A DNA stretch of 64,000 nt from Octopus vulgaris (taxonomy: Eukaryota): the NCBI GenBank assembly GCA_951406725.2, contig OX597815.1, forward strand, positions 214,458,001 through 214,522,000, read 5' to 3'. Shown one piece after another: positions 1-15,270 of the stretch (positions are counted from its first letter, which is position 1; each line of letters opens with the position of its first letter). The notes below the pieces were generated by a model that made no database searches, was not told the origin of the DNA, and worked only from the letters and a program-made list of their open reading frames with translations. The position numbers and the translations under genes were made by a program.

Positions 1-61
1 TATCCGATTAGTTAATTAGTCACTTGGTTAGCTAGTTGAGTAATTATCCTTTCTACTTCAG

Positions 62-250
62 GCACCAGACTGGAAATTCTTGGTAAGTGAGCTAGTCAAT
101 TACATCGATCCCAGTACTCAATTGTAACTTATTTTATTGACGCCGAAAAGATGAAAAGCAAAGTCGACCACAGCGGAATTTGAACTCAGAACGTAAAGCT
201 GGGAGAAAAGCTGCCAAGCATTTTGTCCAGCGTGCTAACGTTTCTGCCAA
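62..250 (-). mobile_element. tRNA-derived SINE, family A (degenerate)
   Basis: Reverse complement of the window's recurrent unit ggcagaaacgttagcacg...gttctgagttcaaattcc...gtcgacttt...tcatc. Confidence 0.8.
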
Positions 251-838
251 CTAGTTGACTAATAATAATAAAGAAATGAAATAGAACCAGTGTGTGTATT
301 TATTGGCAAGATTATCCTCCCGAGATACAAAGATGTAGTTTTTATTTCGGCTTTCACTGTTCTTGACCTAGAATTTTGCGGTGGTGTAAACTTCTCCTAT
401 AACAACTGATAGTTTTGTCCTTTAGCCTCAGGTCAGACCTGGTCTGGCATAGGTAGAAAAGAGCAGTGAATAGAATGTCTACCAGTAATTTTTTCCAATT
501 CTCTGCGAGCTGAGTTCAAATCTCACTTGAGTTAACTTTGGGTATCATCGTTATGAACTCGATTCAAAACAAATATCTATCTATCCTAGGTACTGGATTG
601 GTGAAACTATAAGGATGTCGAACATAATGCCTTGTGGTATTTGTTCAAGCTCATTGCGTTCCGAGTTCAAATCCACCCATAGCCTACGTAGGTGGTAAAT
701 TTAATCCGTCACCTTCTTTAACATCTCTACCTGACATCTTGAGTTTCTAACATTGTCCACTTTATTGCAACAAGTCAGAATTGGGTCTTCGATTTGATGT
801 TACCTACTTTCTTCCTCCATCCAATATCGGAGATTAGG

Positions 839-1057
839 TGGAACCACGTGGCTTAGTGGTTGTTAGGGTGTTGGACTCATGATCGTAAGATTGTGGTTTC
901 GATTCCTGGACAGGCAACAAGTTGTGTTCTTGAGCAAAACACTTCATTTCTCGTTGCTCCAGTCCACTCAGCTGGCAAAAAGGAGTAATCCTGCGACGGA
1001 TCGGGGTCCCGTCCCAGTGGGGGAATTTCTACGCGATGAAACCGGGAAACCGACTCG
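839..1057 (+). mobile_element. tRNA-derived SINE, family B/D (CORE-like body)
   Basis: A box tggcttagtgg, B box gtttcgattcc, body gtgttcttgagcaaaacactt; same family as 47523-47785. Confidence 0.8.
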
Positions 1058-1219
1058 AGGGGGTAAATTTACTATTTTTTTTTATCACAGATTGTTAAAA
1101 GGCAAGTCTTTATGGACACTGCATTATCTCCTGTCTCAAAGATAAAAAGCCAATGAGCGAGAACGATTGTCTAATTTTCTTTTTCAATCATGTATCCAAA
1201 ATGTCCTGTACAAGGTCCA

Positions 1220-1460
1220 GTCCTTGTTACGATATGATAGCATATGTGCCATGATGACCCTGAGAGCTATAACAGCAAATCCGAAAAGAAGCTGCAAGAC
1301 CCGACACCTCATTAATAACTGGAGGAGGAATACTAAAGCACAGCTGAAGAAGCAGGGATCCTACTGGAAAGGAGCAGAAAAGAGAGTCCCAGCTTCGAAA
1401 ACAGTGGAGAAAAGTCGTCGATGGTCAATACTCCATAGAAAGCAAGGGGTTTAAGTAAAG
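1220..1460 (+). pseudogene. RTE-clade LINE 3' fragment
   Basis: Translation TLRAITANPKR...NNWRR...SYWKGAEK...QWRKVVDG resembles the RTE ORF C-terminus (ALxWNP-G-R-RGRP-xWRR...WRxxVDG). Confidence 0.55.
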
Positions 1461-1794
1461 CAAATATATTCAATCTTTCCTGCCTCTATAAAGATTTTTT
1501 TTAGATTTGGTTGCTATTTCTAGCTAACAGAACGGACAAGTAGCGGTGTTATGGTTCTAGACTCGTCCTCGCTCATCGACTTTCAATGTTGACAATTACC
1601 TATCAACTGCGCTTCACGTTTTGCTTTTCCTGTCTCTATTCACTTCTCAATTAAACTGTATTCTTCCCAACCATTCAGAATTGACAGCGACGATGTTTTG
1701 TAGTTTTGTTTAGCTCATCTCCCTCTCAGCACCGTCTGTAATAGCAATCAATAAGCATTGCATACAGAATTTACGCAGAATGTGCAATATTGAA

Positions 1795-2069
1795 GAGAAA
1801 AAAAGAAGAGGTGAGGTGAGAAGGGAGTATGATGAAGAAGAAGAAAAAGGGGGAGGGCATGAAGAGGGGAGGAGGAGATGCAGAGGCGGAGGAGGGGATG
1901 CGGCGGCGGTGGAGGAGAGGAGGAAAAGAGGTAGTAGTAGTAGTAGTAATGGAGGTGGTGGTGGTGGTGGTGGTGGTGGACGGTAGGAGGAGAGGGGAGA
2001 AGATGAAGGTAGGTGAGGTGGTGGTAATGATGACGATAATACTACTATTGCCACCGTTGTTATTACTAT

Positions 2070-2134
<65 letters not shown>

Positions 2135-2140
2135 GTACTT
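1795..2140. repeat. Compound GA-rich / (GGT)n / (CTA)n trinucleotide repeats
   Basis: Directly visible; explains the poly-S/L/G/V ORFs. Confidence 0.95.
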
Positions 2141-3059
2141 CTACGACAGCTCCTGTTAGTACGTATTACTGCAACGACAGCGATAGCATAAGGAACACTG
2201 ACAGCATACGGGACAGGGAATATAGCATTTTCATGATTTAATCTAGGATTATTTCTGTTTCTCAACAGCATAGATATTATGGCGATGCACAAAAATATCT
2301 CGTAAACAAGATGTAATTTCTTAATAAAACTTGCAAAACATCAACAACAACAGCTGCGATGACGACGACCACAAGAACAACAACTACCAAAAAGAAAAAC
2401 ATTAACATCTGACAAGGTTTCTACATTCAAATGGTGTTTCATAAAAGGAAACAAACACTCTTAACAACATATTCGCAACGATATTTGTGCTATTGCGAAC
2501 GTGTTTTTTAAGAGTGTGTCGCTGAGTTTCCTTTCATCAGATGGTTGCGTGTGGCTGCAAACGAACTGACTATGAAACCTATTCTTGGTTCCCACTTTGC
2601 ACCGTTTCATAAATGCCAGTTTTTATGCAAACACAATACTTACAATCAAACGTACAAGGTCTGTCCAAAAGCAAACCATGTTTTTAGAACAGACAGACAA
2701 CCAGCATGCACGTGACTGCAATGCTGTATGTATGTATGTATGTATGTATGTATGTATGTATGTATGTATGTATGTATGTATGTATGTATGTGTAACCTTG
2801 ACCGTTAATCCAATGATACTAAAGATAACTACACCATGTCAGGAAATCATGAATCTACATTTACTAGAGTGAACGTATATATTCGTAAAAACATATGCAC
2901 ATACAGATCAAAATCCGAAATATGAGAAACTAAGGCCAACAAAAGAATTGTTTGATTATTTAAGTTCTTGTAAGGATTCTTCTCTTTAGGACTTCGCTTC
3001 CTTTGAAGCGTTGGCTATCGACTTCCCGCCGATCTTCTCGACTCTGAACTGCCTTTCCT

Positions 3060-3360
3060 GCTTCCCTCAAGCTGAATTCATGCATTTTCTACCTCAATAT
3101 CCTGCCTACAGGTAGTTCTTTTTGGCGGGAGCCGTCCTGTCGGAGATTGCTGCACTTTTGTTTTTCTTCTAGGTAGATGTATTGGCCCTGTGCAAAACCC
3201 ATTTTTACTTGTGTGAGGAGGTAGCCCATATTAGCCTGGGTTCTATCCTTTGACCTGTTCAAAATGGGAGATCCAACCATTGCGGTATTTATTCCGTCTT
3301 TTGCATTCTGATTTTGCATCCCACCGAGATAAGCGTTGCTTTTTACCCTTCTGTGGAAGC
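3060..3360 (-). pseudogene. Very decayed LINE ORF1 (zinc-knuckle) fragment
   Basis: AYLGG motif and frameshifted KCSN-x-DRTAPAKKN resembling CxxCxxxGHxKKNC of the ORF1 at 24421. Confidence 0.35.
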
Positions 3361-4215
3361 GGGGAGTTAATATAATGAAATAACTGTCTGGCACGATGAA
3401 TTGTCAGAATGCTGGAATGTCAAATAGAATATCATCTGACATTTGTTCCCGTTACTTATATTCTGTGTTCAAATCCTGACATAGCGTACATGGGTAGTAG
3501 ATTTACTTTGAAGCCTGGCCTTTGGATACCTTAGTGGAGGTGTCCACACGGCTACAAGCCATCAAGCCAGGTAACTAGTGAAAGACAGTCTCCTCTTTTT
3601 TTTTTCCCCGCCCATCATTTAGAAAGGCTCTAATAAGAGTCAGCAGCAATGCCCTTTTCCTGATAGCTTGTAAGGTGTTAACGATACGCACCTCAAAATT
3701 GATTTACGGTCCCTTTAATAAAAATAATGGAAAATAAAACAAAAGCTCTATTTTCGCCTAACATTTTTAGCCCTTCCTACAACCAGACCAATTTAAGGTT
3801 TGATGCATTCAGATCGTGATCAAATCTCGCTAATTCCCATTCAAAGGCTTTAATCCCTTTCGCTACTGTACGTCAGAATGAGGTAACACACAGATTCCAC
3901 TCGGGAGAACCCATCGATAATCACCTGTTTAACACATTTACATGTAGAAATCCATACATACATGCTGAGATGCATGATACTGAAATACATATACGTAGTT
4001 ATATATAATCGTATGAGTGTACATAGATTAATATATATGTACATATGTGTACATGTATGTGTGTGTATGTGCTGTGTGAGTATATGCGTGTGTATGATTG
4101 CGTACATGCGTGCACGTATTAGTATGTTTGTAGATATATGTACATATTATACATATATATATATATATATGCACATATATGTATATACATATATATATAT
4201 ATATGCACATATATG

Positions 4216-4266
<51 letters not shown>

Positions 4267-4694
4267 ATAATAAATAAGAAACAAAAATTGAATTTTAACC
4301 GTTGTCTGCGAAAATAGTGACATATATGTGTAGATAAATAAACCTATATATGTGTATACTTTAAGATTATACGTATAAATGTGAGTGTGTATACGTGTTC
4401 ATATGATTGTGTGTGCTTATACATATGTATAGGTAGGTTTATATTTGCATATATTTATATCTAAGACATTATACCCATTCACCGTTAGACGGTGGTGAGA
4501 GGGACACATACACACATACAACCTTCGACAGAGTAAGAGTCATATATACAGCTTGAACAGACACACATATCAGTACATCATAAACATATGTTCACATGTA
4601 CACACACATATGCACACACACAGGCACGTTTACACACTTAAATACCTAAATACTCACATACATGCATTAGTACATACATACATACATACATACA

Positions 4695-4725
<31 letters not shown>

Positions 4726-5144
4726 CATGAACTACCTGTTACTTTCTCAGGTGCAGCACGGAATTTCGTCAGTGAACAGGTCGTGGTCTCAAAGCGACGA
4801 AAATATTTTAACAAATTAAATTTAAATGTTGAAATGAATCTAACAGTTTTTGTGTGTGTTTAAATGGCTTAAAAACACCTTCCACGCCGCAGTTGATATA
4901 GGAATGTTTGCGTCAAAATTACTTTATTTAGTATAAAACAAAAATAATAATATGGAAAAAATCAGAAATATAAAATCATTTATATAACATTTGGCAGGTT
5001 TTGTCTTTCGTCCTACAGGGTGTCCAACGAAAACTATATTTTTTACCAAACATGCTTCGCAGCCCGTTTAGACGCCGACGGCCCGACGATGCAACACTGG
5101 CACTGGTAACCTTACACGTCACCAGGAGCATTAAGAGAGACCTT

Positions 5145-5289
5145 CAGACATATATACATAAATATATACATACATACTTACATATATACATACATACATA
5201 CATACATACATGCATGCATACATACATACTTACATATATACATACATACATACATACATACATGCATGCATGCATACATACATACATAC

Positions 5290-5320
<31 letters not shown>

Positions 5321-5549
5321 CATACGTATATACATACATACATACATACATACATACATACATACATACATACTTACATATATACATACATACATTCATA
5401 CATGCATACATACATACATACATACATACATACATACATACAGACATACATACTTACATACATACATGCATGCATACATATATACATACATACATACATA
5501 CATACATACATACATACATACATACATACAGACAGACAGACATACATAC

Positions 5550-5580
<31 letters not shown>

Positions 5581-6101
5581 CATACATACATACATACATA
5601 CATACATGCATACATACATACATACATGCATGCATACATATATACATACATACATATATACATACATACATACATACATATATACATATATACATACATA
5701 CATACACACATACATACATACATACATACATACATACATACATACATACATACAGACATACATACATACATACATACATACATACATACATACATACAGA
5801 CATACATACTTACATATATACATACATACTTACATATATACATACATACATACATACATACATACATACATACAGACATACATACTTACATATATACATA
5901 CATGCATACATACATACATACATACATACATACAGACATACATACTTACATATATACATACACATACATACATACATACAGACATACATACATACATACA
6001 TACATACATACTTACATATATACATACACATACATACATACATACATACATACATACATACATACTTACATATATACATACACATACATACATACATACA
6101 G

Positions 6102-6134
<33 letters not shown>

Positions 6135-6196
6135 CATATATACATACATACATACATACATACATACATACATACATACATACATACATACATACA

Positions 6197-6230
<34 letters not shown>

Positions 6231-6669
6231 CATACACATACATACATACATACAGACATACATACATACATACATACATACTTACATATATACATACACA
6301 TACATACATACATACATACATACATACATACATACATACTTACATATATACATACACATACATACATACATACAGACATACATACATACATACATACATA
6401 CTTACATATATACATACACATACATACATACATACATACATACATACATACATACATACATACATACATACATACATACATACATACATACATACATACA
6501 TACATACATACATACATACATGCATACATACATGCATGCATACATACATACATACATACATACATACATACATACTTACATATATACATACACATACATA
6601 CATACATACATGCATACATACATGCATGCATACATACATACATACATATATACATACATACATACATAT

Positions 6670-6700
<31 letters not shown>

Positions 6701-6718
6701 CATACATACATACATACA

Positions 6719-6750
<32 letters not shown>

Positions 6751-6808
6751 CATACATACATACATACATACATACATACATACATACATACATGCATACA
6801 TACATACA

Positions 6809-6868
<60 letters not shown>

Positions 6869-6902
6869 CATACATACATACATACATACATACATACATA
6901 CA

Positions 6903-6934
<32 letters not shown>

Positions 6935-7004
6935 CATACATACATACATACATACATACATACATACATACATACATACATACATACATACATACATACA
7001 TACA

Positions 7005-7038
<34 letters not shown>

Positions 7039-7178
7039 CATACATACATACATATATACATACATACATACATACATGCATGCATACATACATACATACA
7101 TACATACATGCATGCATACATACATACATACATACATACATACATACATACATACATACATACATACATACATACATT
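5145..7178. repeat. ~2-kb (TACA)n microsatellite with variant units
   Basis: Directly visible; source of the 640-734 aa YIHT ORFs. Confidence 0.98.
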
Positions 7179-7562
7179 TATCGACGTTTCATAAAACGCC
7201 AATAATACGCTTAACAGCTTGAAAGTCACATTTTATTTCCTTGCCATAAAATAAGGCCTCATACTTTCATAAGAATTGTTGCTGCTATTAATATTAATGC
7301 TGCTGCTGCTGCTGCTGTATGTTGTTGTTGTTCTTCTTTTGGCCCTCGCTATGAAAAGCCGGGATCAAAGACATTTCAGTCTTGGTCATTCAGTTTTCCA
7401 GAGATGCTACAGATCAAATATAATATACCATTCCCTTTTTTTAAAATGGTAGACCAACATTTGAGGAGATACTTAGTTGCTGTTTCGAGCGAGTCAAACG
7501 ACAATTGCATAGAGGCTTCGTTGTTGTCGTTGCCTATAAAAAAATTTAATACTTCAAGCCTT

Positions 7563-8400
7563 AAAGGCGGCGAGCTGGCAGAAACGTTAGCACGCCGGGC
7601 GAAATGTTCAGTAACATTTAGTCTGCCGCCACGTTCTGAGTTCAAATTCCGCCGAGGTCGACTTTGCCTTTCATCCTTTCGGGATCGATAAATTAAGTAC
7701 CAGTTACGCACTGGAGTCAATGTATGCGACTTAATCCCTTTGTCTGTCCTTGTTTGTCCCCTCTATGTTTAGCCCCTGTGGGCAGTAAAGAAATAAGAAT
7801 CGTTAGCATGCCGGAAAAAATGCTTAACAGCATTTCGTCCGTTTTTACGTTCTGAGCTCAAATTCCGTCGAGGGCTACTTTGCTTTTCATTCTTTCGGGG
7901 TCGACAAAATAACTACCAGCTGAGCACTGGGATCGATGTAAATCGATTTACTCCCTTCCCTGAACTTGCAGGCTTTGTACCAATGTTTGAAATCGATACT
8001 TTGTGCCTTAAAGGCTGCGAGCTGAAAGAATCGTCAGCGCCCCAGGCAAATGGTTGGCGGAGTTTCGTCCGTCTTTAGGTGCTCGGTTCAAATTTCCGCC
8101 AAGGCCAACTTTGCCAACAATTTGAAGAGATACTTAAACGCTGTTTCTAACAGGTCAAGCGACAACTGCATAGAGGCTTAGTGAAAAGTCTTAATATCTT
8201 AAGCCTTAAAAGCGGCGAGCTGGCAGAATGGTTAGCACGCTGCGCAAAATACTTTGCGGCATTTCGTCCGTCTCTACGTTCTCAGTTCAAATTCAACCGA
8301 GGGCTACTTCGCTTTTAACTTGTTTTTGGGATCGATGTAAATCGACTTACTCGTTCTCCTGAACTTGCAGGCCTTGTACCAGAATTTGAAACCAATATTT
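7563..8400 (+). mobile_element. Tandem cluster of about four family-A SINEs
   Basis: Repeated heads aaggcggcgagctggcagaa..gttagcacg and body gactttgcctttcatcctttcggggtcgataaa (resembles the MetaSINE central domain, from memory). Confidence 0.9.
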
Positions 8401-8849
8401 CGTGTCTTACCGATTTGCTTAAGGCTTTATCATGATAATCATCGAACTTTTCGCGACAGAATATTCTCTTTTGTCTGAGATAACAAACAATTTCAGAATT
8501 AAAGATGTCTGTTGTTTGTTCGGAACAACAGCGATAAATGTGTCTATAAAAACAGCCCATAATACTTGATATATCACATTATAATAAATATACTACACAC
8601 ATGTATACATTCACAAACATACAAAGCTGCTTACAATTTCTCTTTTACATGCACCCTCCCCCTCTATACCCCTTCTTCTCTCTCTCACACACACACTCAC
8701 ACAAATATGCATGCACACATCTATTTCTCTTCTTTCTTTTGATCTGTACGTACGTAGAGTTTTTCTTTGTAGGTGTTTTTGTAGGTATATTTGAAAGCCT
8801 AACCAACGCACACATTTCATACAATTCCCACAACATATTTCAGTCATAC

Positions 8850-9202
<353 letters not shown>

Positions 9203-9363
9203 GTCTGTAATCTCTTTTAGGCCGCCTTTCTGTTCTAAGCCGCTCCTTCTCGCCCCTCCCCCTCAATCTCGCCCCTCTCTAATTCTATCTCCCTCTTTCT
9301 TTGTCTCTCTCTCTCTCTCTCTCTCACACGCACACACTTTCTCTCTTTCTATCCGTAATACCT

Positions 9364-9399
<36 letters not shown>

Positions 9400-9671
9400 T
9401 ATTCATCTTTAACAATATATGCATTTACTATCTCATCTTTACACCTTATTTCTCCAACTCCCATCCTTCTTTCTTTTCTAACACATACACACACTGACAC
9501 CAACACACAAACTCAAATAAAGGACAGACACCTTTGTTTAACAAACCCCTATCATACTTATCCACACGTAAACATATACACAACATCTATCAATCTATTT
9601 ATCTTCTCTGCATCATATACTTCCATCATCCATATCCCTTTCATAGAGTAACACACAAACATACCTTGTCA

Positions 9672-9759
<88 letters not shown>

Positions 9760-10473
9760 TACATATGTGTGTGTATATGTATGTATGTGAGTGTTTGTAT
9801 GCATGTATGTATAGACACAGCCTTTATAGTCTTTATAATATTTATCATTTAGTTATTGTCTCTCTCTCTCCTTTCATTCTCTCATATCTTACTCCTGCTT
9901 CACCCCCACCACCCTACCACCCTACCACCCTCACGTTTTCCCTTTCATTCATCCGAGTGTCCTCCCTTTATTTCACTCTCTCTAAGACAATTCATATATA
10001 AATCTCCCATCACTCGACTTTTCCCTCAGTTCAATTCCCATAGTATTATCTTGCTCTTCTCTATCTTGAACCAATTCCTTCTCTCAAATCTCTCTTTCTT
10101 CCATTTCAGTCTCTTTTCTTTCTCTCTCTCTCTCTCTTTCTCGCTCTCATCTCATCACAACCGTCTTCCTCTTGCTCTCTCTCATTGCTTTCAATCTTCC
10201 CTTGTCTTCACTGTTTGTTTGACAATATTATCGACCTAACCTCCGCGACATTAGCTCTCTCGAGGAAAAATCAGTTTTAATAAATCGTTCGTTTTATATT
10301 ATTGCTATCGGCCCATAAGTAATTAGAAAGGACAGTTCTGCGATTAAAACGAGAACTTTCGGAAATATCACATAAACTCAATAAATATTGTGTCTAACAA
10401 TATCTATAACCATATCAGTATAATATACGCGTGCATATATAGATACATGTGCGTGTGTGTGAGGGGTGAATAT

Positions 10474-10559
<86 letters not shown>

Positions 10560-10867
10560 GTGCATATAGGAGATACGTTATTTATATGTATATGTACTAT
10601 ATATTTATAGCATGAATGTATGATATCAAACATATGTATACACACACTCACTCACACACACTCACTCACACACACACACACACACACATATTCAATGGAT
10701 GCTAGAATTGCGTTACTGTGAAATGAGAGAAAGTTTAAGAAAACTCTGGACACAGAATGAATGGAAGAATATTTATAGAAAACGAACGAGAGAATCTCCG
10801 TTTAATGATTCACATACACACACTATACATTGAATGTGCGCGTGTGTGCGTGTCTATATATACATAT

Positions 10868-10901
<34 letters not shown>

Positions 10902-12286
10902 AACACACGTATGCGTGTTTGTACATATGTTCTATTCTATCTGTGATTATTTGAAGTTTTCTTCTGAGGAAGGAGCTGGTTTTAACAAAGATAAAAATCT
11001 CCACCGTTGGAATGTAGGTAAAAAAGAAATGTCACATTTTAAACTCGAGTAAAGTCTTGCATATTTGTACCCTTCCGCTTAGAAATTGTATTTGTTATGT
11101 GCGTATTAAGAGACTATGTTCTCTTTCTAAAAACCCCAGCTTTTGCAGATTGTCAGGTATTTACTCGCAAAACCCAAGTACACCTATTATTATTGGTATA
11201 TGTATGAATTTATAATCTAGATATAGAAACTGAACCTTCGAAGCAATAGTCTACAATTATCCTTCTCTTTGATTTTCGAAGAGTTATTCACATCAGTAGA
11301 GCAGCTGGCCTTTATGACATTACTTTTTTTTTGTAAATCCCAAATAACAATGTCCGACCTGTTATGTTTGTATTTGGTAGAGGTTTTGATGGGAATGTTC
11401 CACCAATAAATTTGGAGTTGACATTTATGTATGCATTCAATAACAGGGATGTTCTGTATATTTATTCCAGTATGTATCTATGCATGTATGTATGTATGCA
11501 TGCGTTTATGTATGTATGTATGTATGTATGTATGTATGTATGTATGTATGTATACGACAGTATGTATATGTATGGATTGTATTTCTGAATGTGTACATGC
11601 AGTTATGTGCGTGCATAAATATTTTTAGATTTACATATGCGCATCTGCTTTTGTACATATTTTCTATGCATTTGAAAACTTAGAAACGCCTATACTTTTA
11701 TACATACACAGGGTCAAACACAAAATTGTGTATGTATAGATAACTATTTTCCTATTCATATGTTCATACACAAATGTATACACATATGCATATGCATATA
11801 ATTATCCAATCGAAGTGACATTCTGATACACAGCCCACATACGCATATTAGAAAAGTCAATATATGCAATTAAACGGAAGTATAATCTAAATACCTGCTG
11901 GTCACACATCTCAAAAGAGTTCCACTTACATTTGAATATACCTCGTTTAAATACGCATATATGCATTAATACATTCAATGGAGATATGCACTCGCATGAA
12001 TAAATACACATGTCTTTTCTGGAATGCATCATATGCTAAGAAGAATACACAGCCTTTCCGGCGCTTACATACTCAAATGTATGCAAATACACGTTCTCCA
12101 ACACTGATAATAATATATATATGTATGTGCGTGTGTGCGTGTGTGCGTGTGTGTGTGTATGCATGTATATGCATGTGCGTGAGTATATGTATATATGCTT
12201 GTATGTATATATATTTATATATGTGCGTGTGGATGGGTGTGCGTGTATATATACATATTTGTGTATATGTATATGGACATGTGTGT

Positions 12287-12340
<54 letters not shown>

Positions 12341-12404
12341 TTGTATATATACATGCGCACGTACATATATACATACAAGCATATATACACACATTCACAT
12401 ATAT

Positions 12405-12452
12405 GCCTTATGAGTCGATTTGGTTGACAGAAATTAAAAGAAGCCTGTCGTG

Positions 12453-12506
<54 letters not shown>

Positions 12507-12815
12507 TATGATATATATATGATATATATACATGTGTGTGTGTGTAGGCATGTATAGACACCCTTTATTGTCCTTAAAATATTTATCTAGTTAATGTGTC
12601 TTTGTGTCTGTGTTATCTCTACCACCACTACATGCGCTTGACAACGGATGTTGGTGTATTTACGTCCCCATAACTTTGCGGTCGGCAAAAACGATCGATA
12701 GAATAAGTACCACATTTACGAAGAATAAGTCCTGGGATCGATTTCTTCAACTAAAAGGCAGTGCTCCAGCATGGCTGCAGTTAAATGACTGAAACTGATA
12801 AAAGAATAAAAGAAT
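12405..12815 (+). mobile_element. Family-C SINE (5'-truncated) with internal microsatellite
   Basis: gatttggttgacagaaattaaaagaagcctgtcg-(TA)n-...gtgctccagcatggctgcagttaaatgactgaaac. Confidence 0.8.
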
Positions 12816-12841
12816 ATTATTTATATATATATATATATATA

Positions 12842-12884
<43 letters not shown>

Positions 12885-13026
12885 AAGGAAATGAAGAAAA
12901 TGCTGACAAAATAATTTAAGTAATTTAAGTAATTTAATTAGGTGAAAGTTATTTTTACCGGTTGCGCATTTGTTATGCTTATCAAAAGATATTTTTAAAG
13001 ACAGATAGAGTTCCTTTCTGATAGAT

Positions 13027-13112
<86 letters not shown>

Positions 13113-13929
13113 TACAAGCACATGTATGTACACATACATATACACGTACACACTTACATACATACATACATACATACATATACACACGCACACACATGCA
13201 TATGCTCATGTATTTCATTAACACGGCAAACGTACAGGTTTTCTCAAACTTTGCTATTCTTTGTATCATGTCTAAAGATCTTAGGAAACATTGAAAGTCT
13301 TTTAAGTTCATGCTGTGTTCAAAGAACCGAGTATCTTTCATTTCCAAAGATTAGCTGAGAAATCGTACACATCAGAAATGAACTGTCCAAGACACCGGAC
13401 AGTGTCCTTGGCGTGATATCGTTATTAAAAAACGTATCCTTCGACCAGAAACACACATTCAAGTACTAGTATGATTATGAACACGCCGCTACCCAGGCTG
13501 TATGCGAAAAGATGGTAGCACAGCCTCCGAGAGAAAATATAGGGAGGTACATCAAGGCTACTTCAGAGCTTCAGTAGCGTGTGGTCTTCTCAGTTCGAGA
13601 TGAAGTGACTAAGTTCTTTTTCTTTCTTTCTTTTTTTTTTAGGGAGAGGTCCTTCCCATATTTGCGGGTTCTGCTTGACTCTTCAAACCTCAATCTACTG
13701 TACGGACTGAACCGACATTTTATAGGCATTGAGTGGGTAACTGTTTGCAGTAGATCCTTTGAAATGATTTAGAGCATTTATTAAGGTATCGAATATATTG
13801 TGTAATTTAGAACTAGTATTTATTTAGAGTGTTGGGTAGGAGTTTCGATTTCCTCCGTTTTATACACCTTTTGCTACAAGTACATGTCAATCTTAACAGG
13901 ATCCATTTCATATTGGTTCCAAATTTTGG

Positions 13930-14690
13930 CACAAATTTTAGATCGACCCCGATGCTCAACTGGCTTTTTTTTTTATCGCCCCGAAAGGCTGAAAGGCAAA
14001 GTTGACTTCAGCAGAATTCGAACTCAAAACGTAAAGCGGACGAAATACCTATTTCTTTACTACCCACAAGGGGCTACACATAGAGGGGACAAACAAGGCC
14101 ACATAAACGGATTAAGTCGATTATATCGACCCCAGTGCGTAGCTGATACTTATTTCATCGACCCCAAAAGGATGAAAAGCGAAGTTGACCTCGGCGGAAT
14201 TCGAACTCAAAACGTAAAGCGAACGAAATGCCGCTAAGCGTTTTTCCCGGCGTGCTAACGATTCTGCCAGGTCACCGTCTTCGAAATCAAATTTTCGCAT
14301 AAACTTTTGATCGACCCCAATGCTCAACTGGTACTTATTTTATCGATCCCGAAAGGCTGAAAGGCAGATTTGACCTCGGCAGAAGTAGAACTCACAACGT
14401 AAAGACGGACGAAATGCCGCTAATAGCATTATCCGGCGTTCTAACAATTCTACCAGCTCTCCACCCCTATAAGCTCCGTCATTAAGGCGGCAAGCTAGCA
14501 GAATCGTTACCGCCCCGGCAGTATTTCTCCCTGCTTTACGTTCAGAGTTCAAATGCCATCGGTGCCGACTTTCCCTTTCGTCTTTTCTTCGGGGTTGACA
14601 AAATAAGTACCAGCTGAGCACTGGGGTCGATGTAATCAACTTAACTTCTCCCCCGAAATTCCTGGCGTTGTTCTAAAATGGGAAACCAAC
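13930..14690. mobile_element. Cluster of family-A SINEs (three on -, one on +)
   Basis: Family-A body motifs in both orientations. Confidence 0.85.
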
Positions 14691-15015
14691 ATCACACAAT
14701 AACACATTTTTTTTTGTAGTGTGTGTAAGATCCATGGATTACGCTTATCTGGTTTTACTTTTCAAGCTATGAAGTGACTACTACATGATATGTCAGATTA
14801 AATAGAAACCTGATATTATCTTGAGAAAGGGTGTATTTCTCTGACAGGAAGACAACAAGATTATCAATTTCAACATTTTGAAACAAGGAGTGGATATACG
14901 TTGGCTCTATACTTTGACACAGATGAGTAAGTACAAACTCAATGACACACACACATGCATACATACATAAATATATACATACATAAATACATACATACAT
15001 ATGCATATGTAATAT

Positions 15016-15164
15016 TTTGCAATGCTTCGCCAAAGGGATGAACTATAATTGTCACTAAATGTGACTAGGGTTTAGCTCCTATTTCTAGCAATGTAAGTGT
15101 TTCCTAACACCCAAGTCACATTTAGTGACGATTTTAATTCGCCCTTTTGGTTAAACATTGCAAA
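15016..15164. repeat. Short fold-back (~55-bp arms), Penelope-tail-like
   Basis: 15016-15071 is the imperfect reverse complement of 15109-15164; sequence matches the tail of the hammerhead element at 22940-23000. Confidence 0.7.
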
Positions 15165-15216
15165 CTGTTGTTTATATATGTATGTATGTATGTATCTATG
15201 TATGTATGTATGTATG

Positions 15217-15268
<52 letters not shown>

Positions 15269-15270
15269 CA

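Noticed and set aside
1710-2292. Poly-S/L/G/V/T ORFs
   Set aside because: Trinucleotide repeats; no domain content
2515-2545. Minus-strand CTGATGA-aag-GAAAC
   Set aside because: No stem II, no stem I pairing and no UH site
4751-4779. Possible 29-nt exon after tttctcag
   Set aside because: Weak donor (gtcgtg) and no recognisable peptide
4785-5142. ggtctc...gagacc bounded segment as a MITE
   Set aside because: Only a 6-bp inverted match and no TSD
5001-7229. Long ORFs of up to 734 aa (YIHT/MYVC repeats), and all similar YI/HT/CV ORFs
   Set aside because: Translations of stop-free microsatellites, open in all frames
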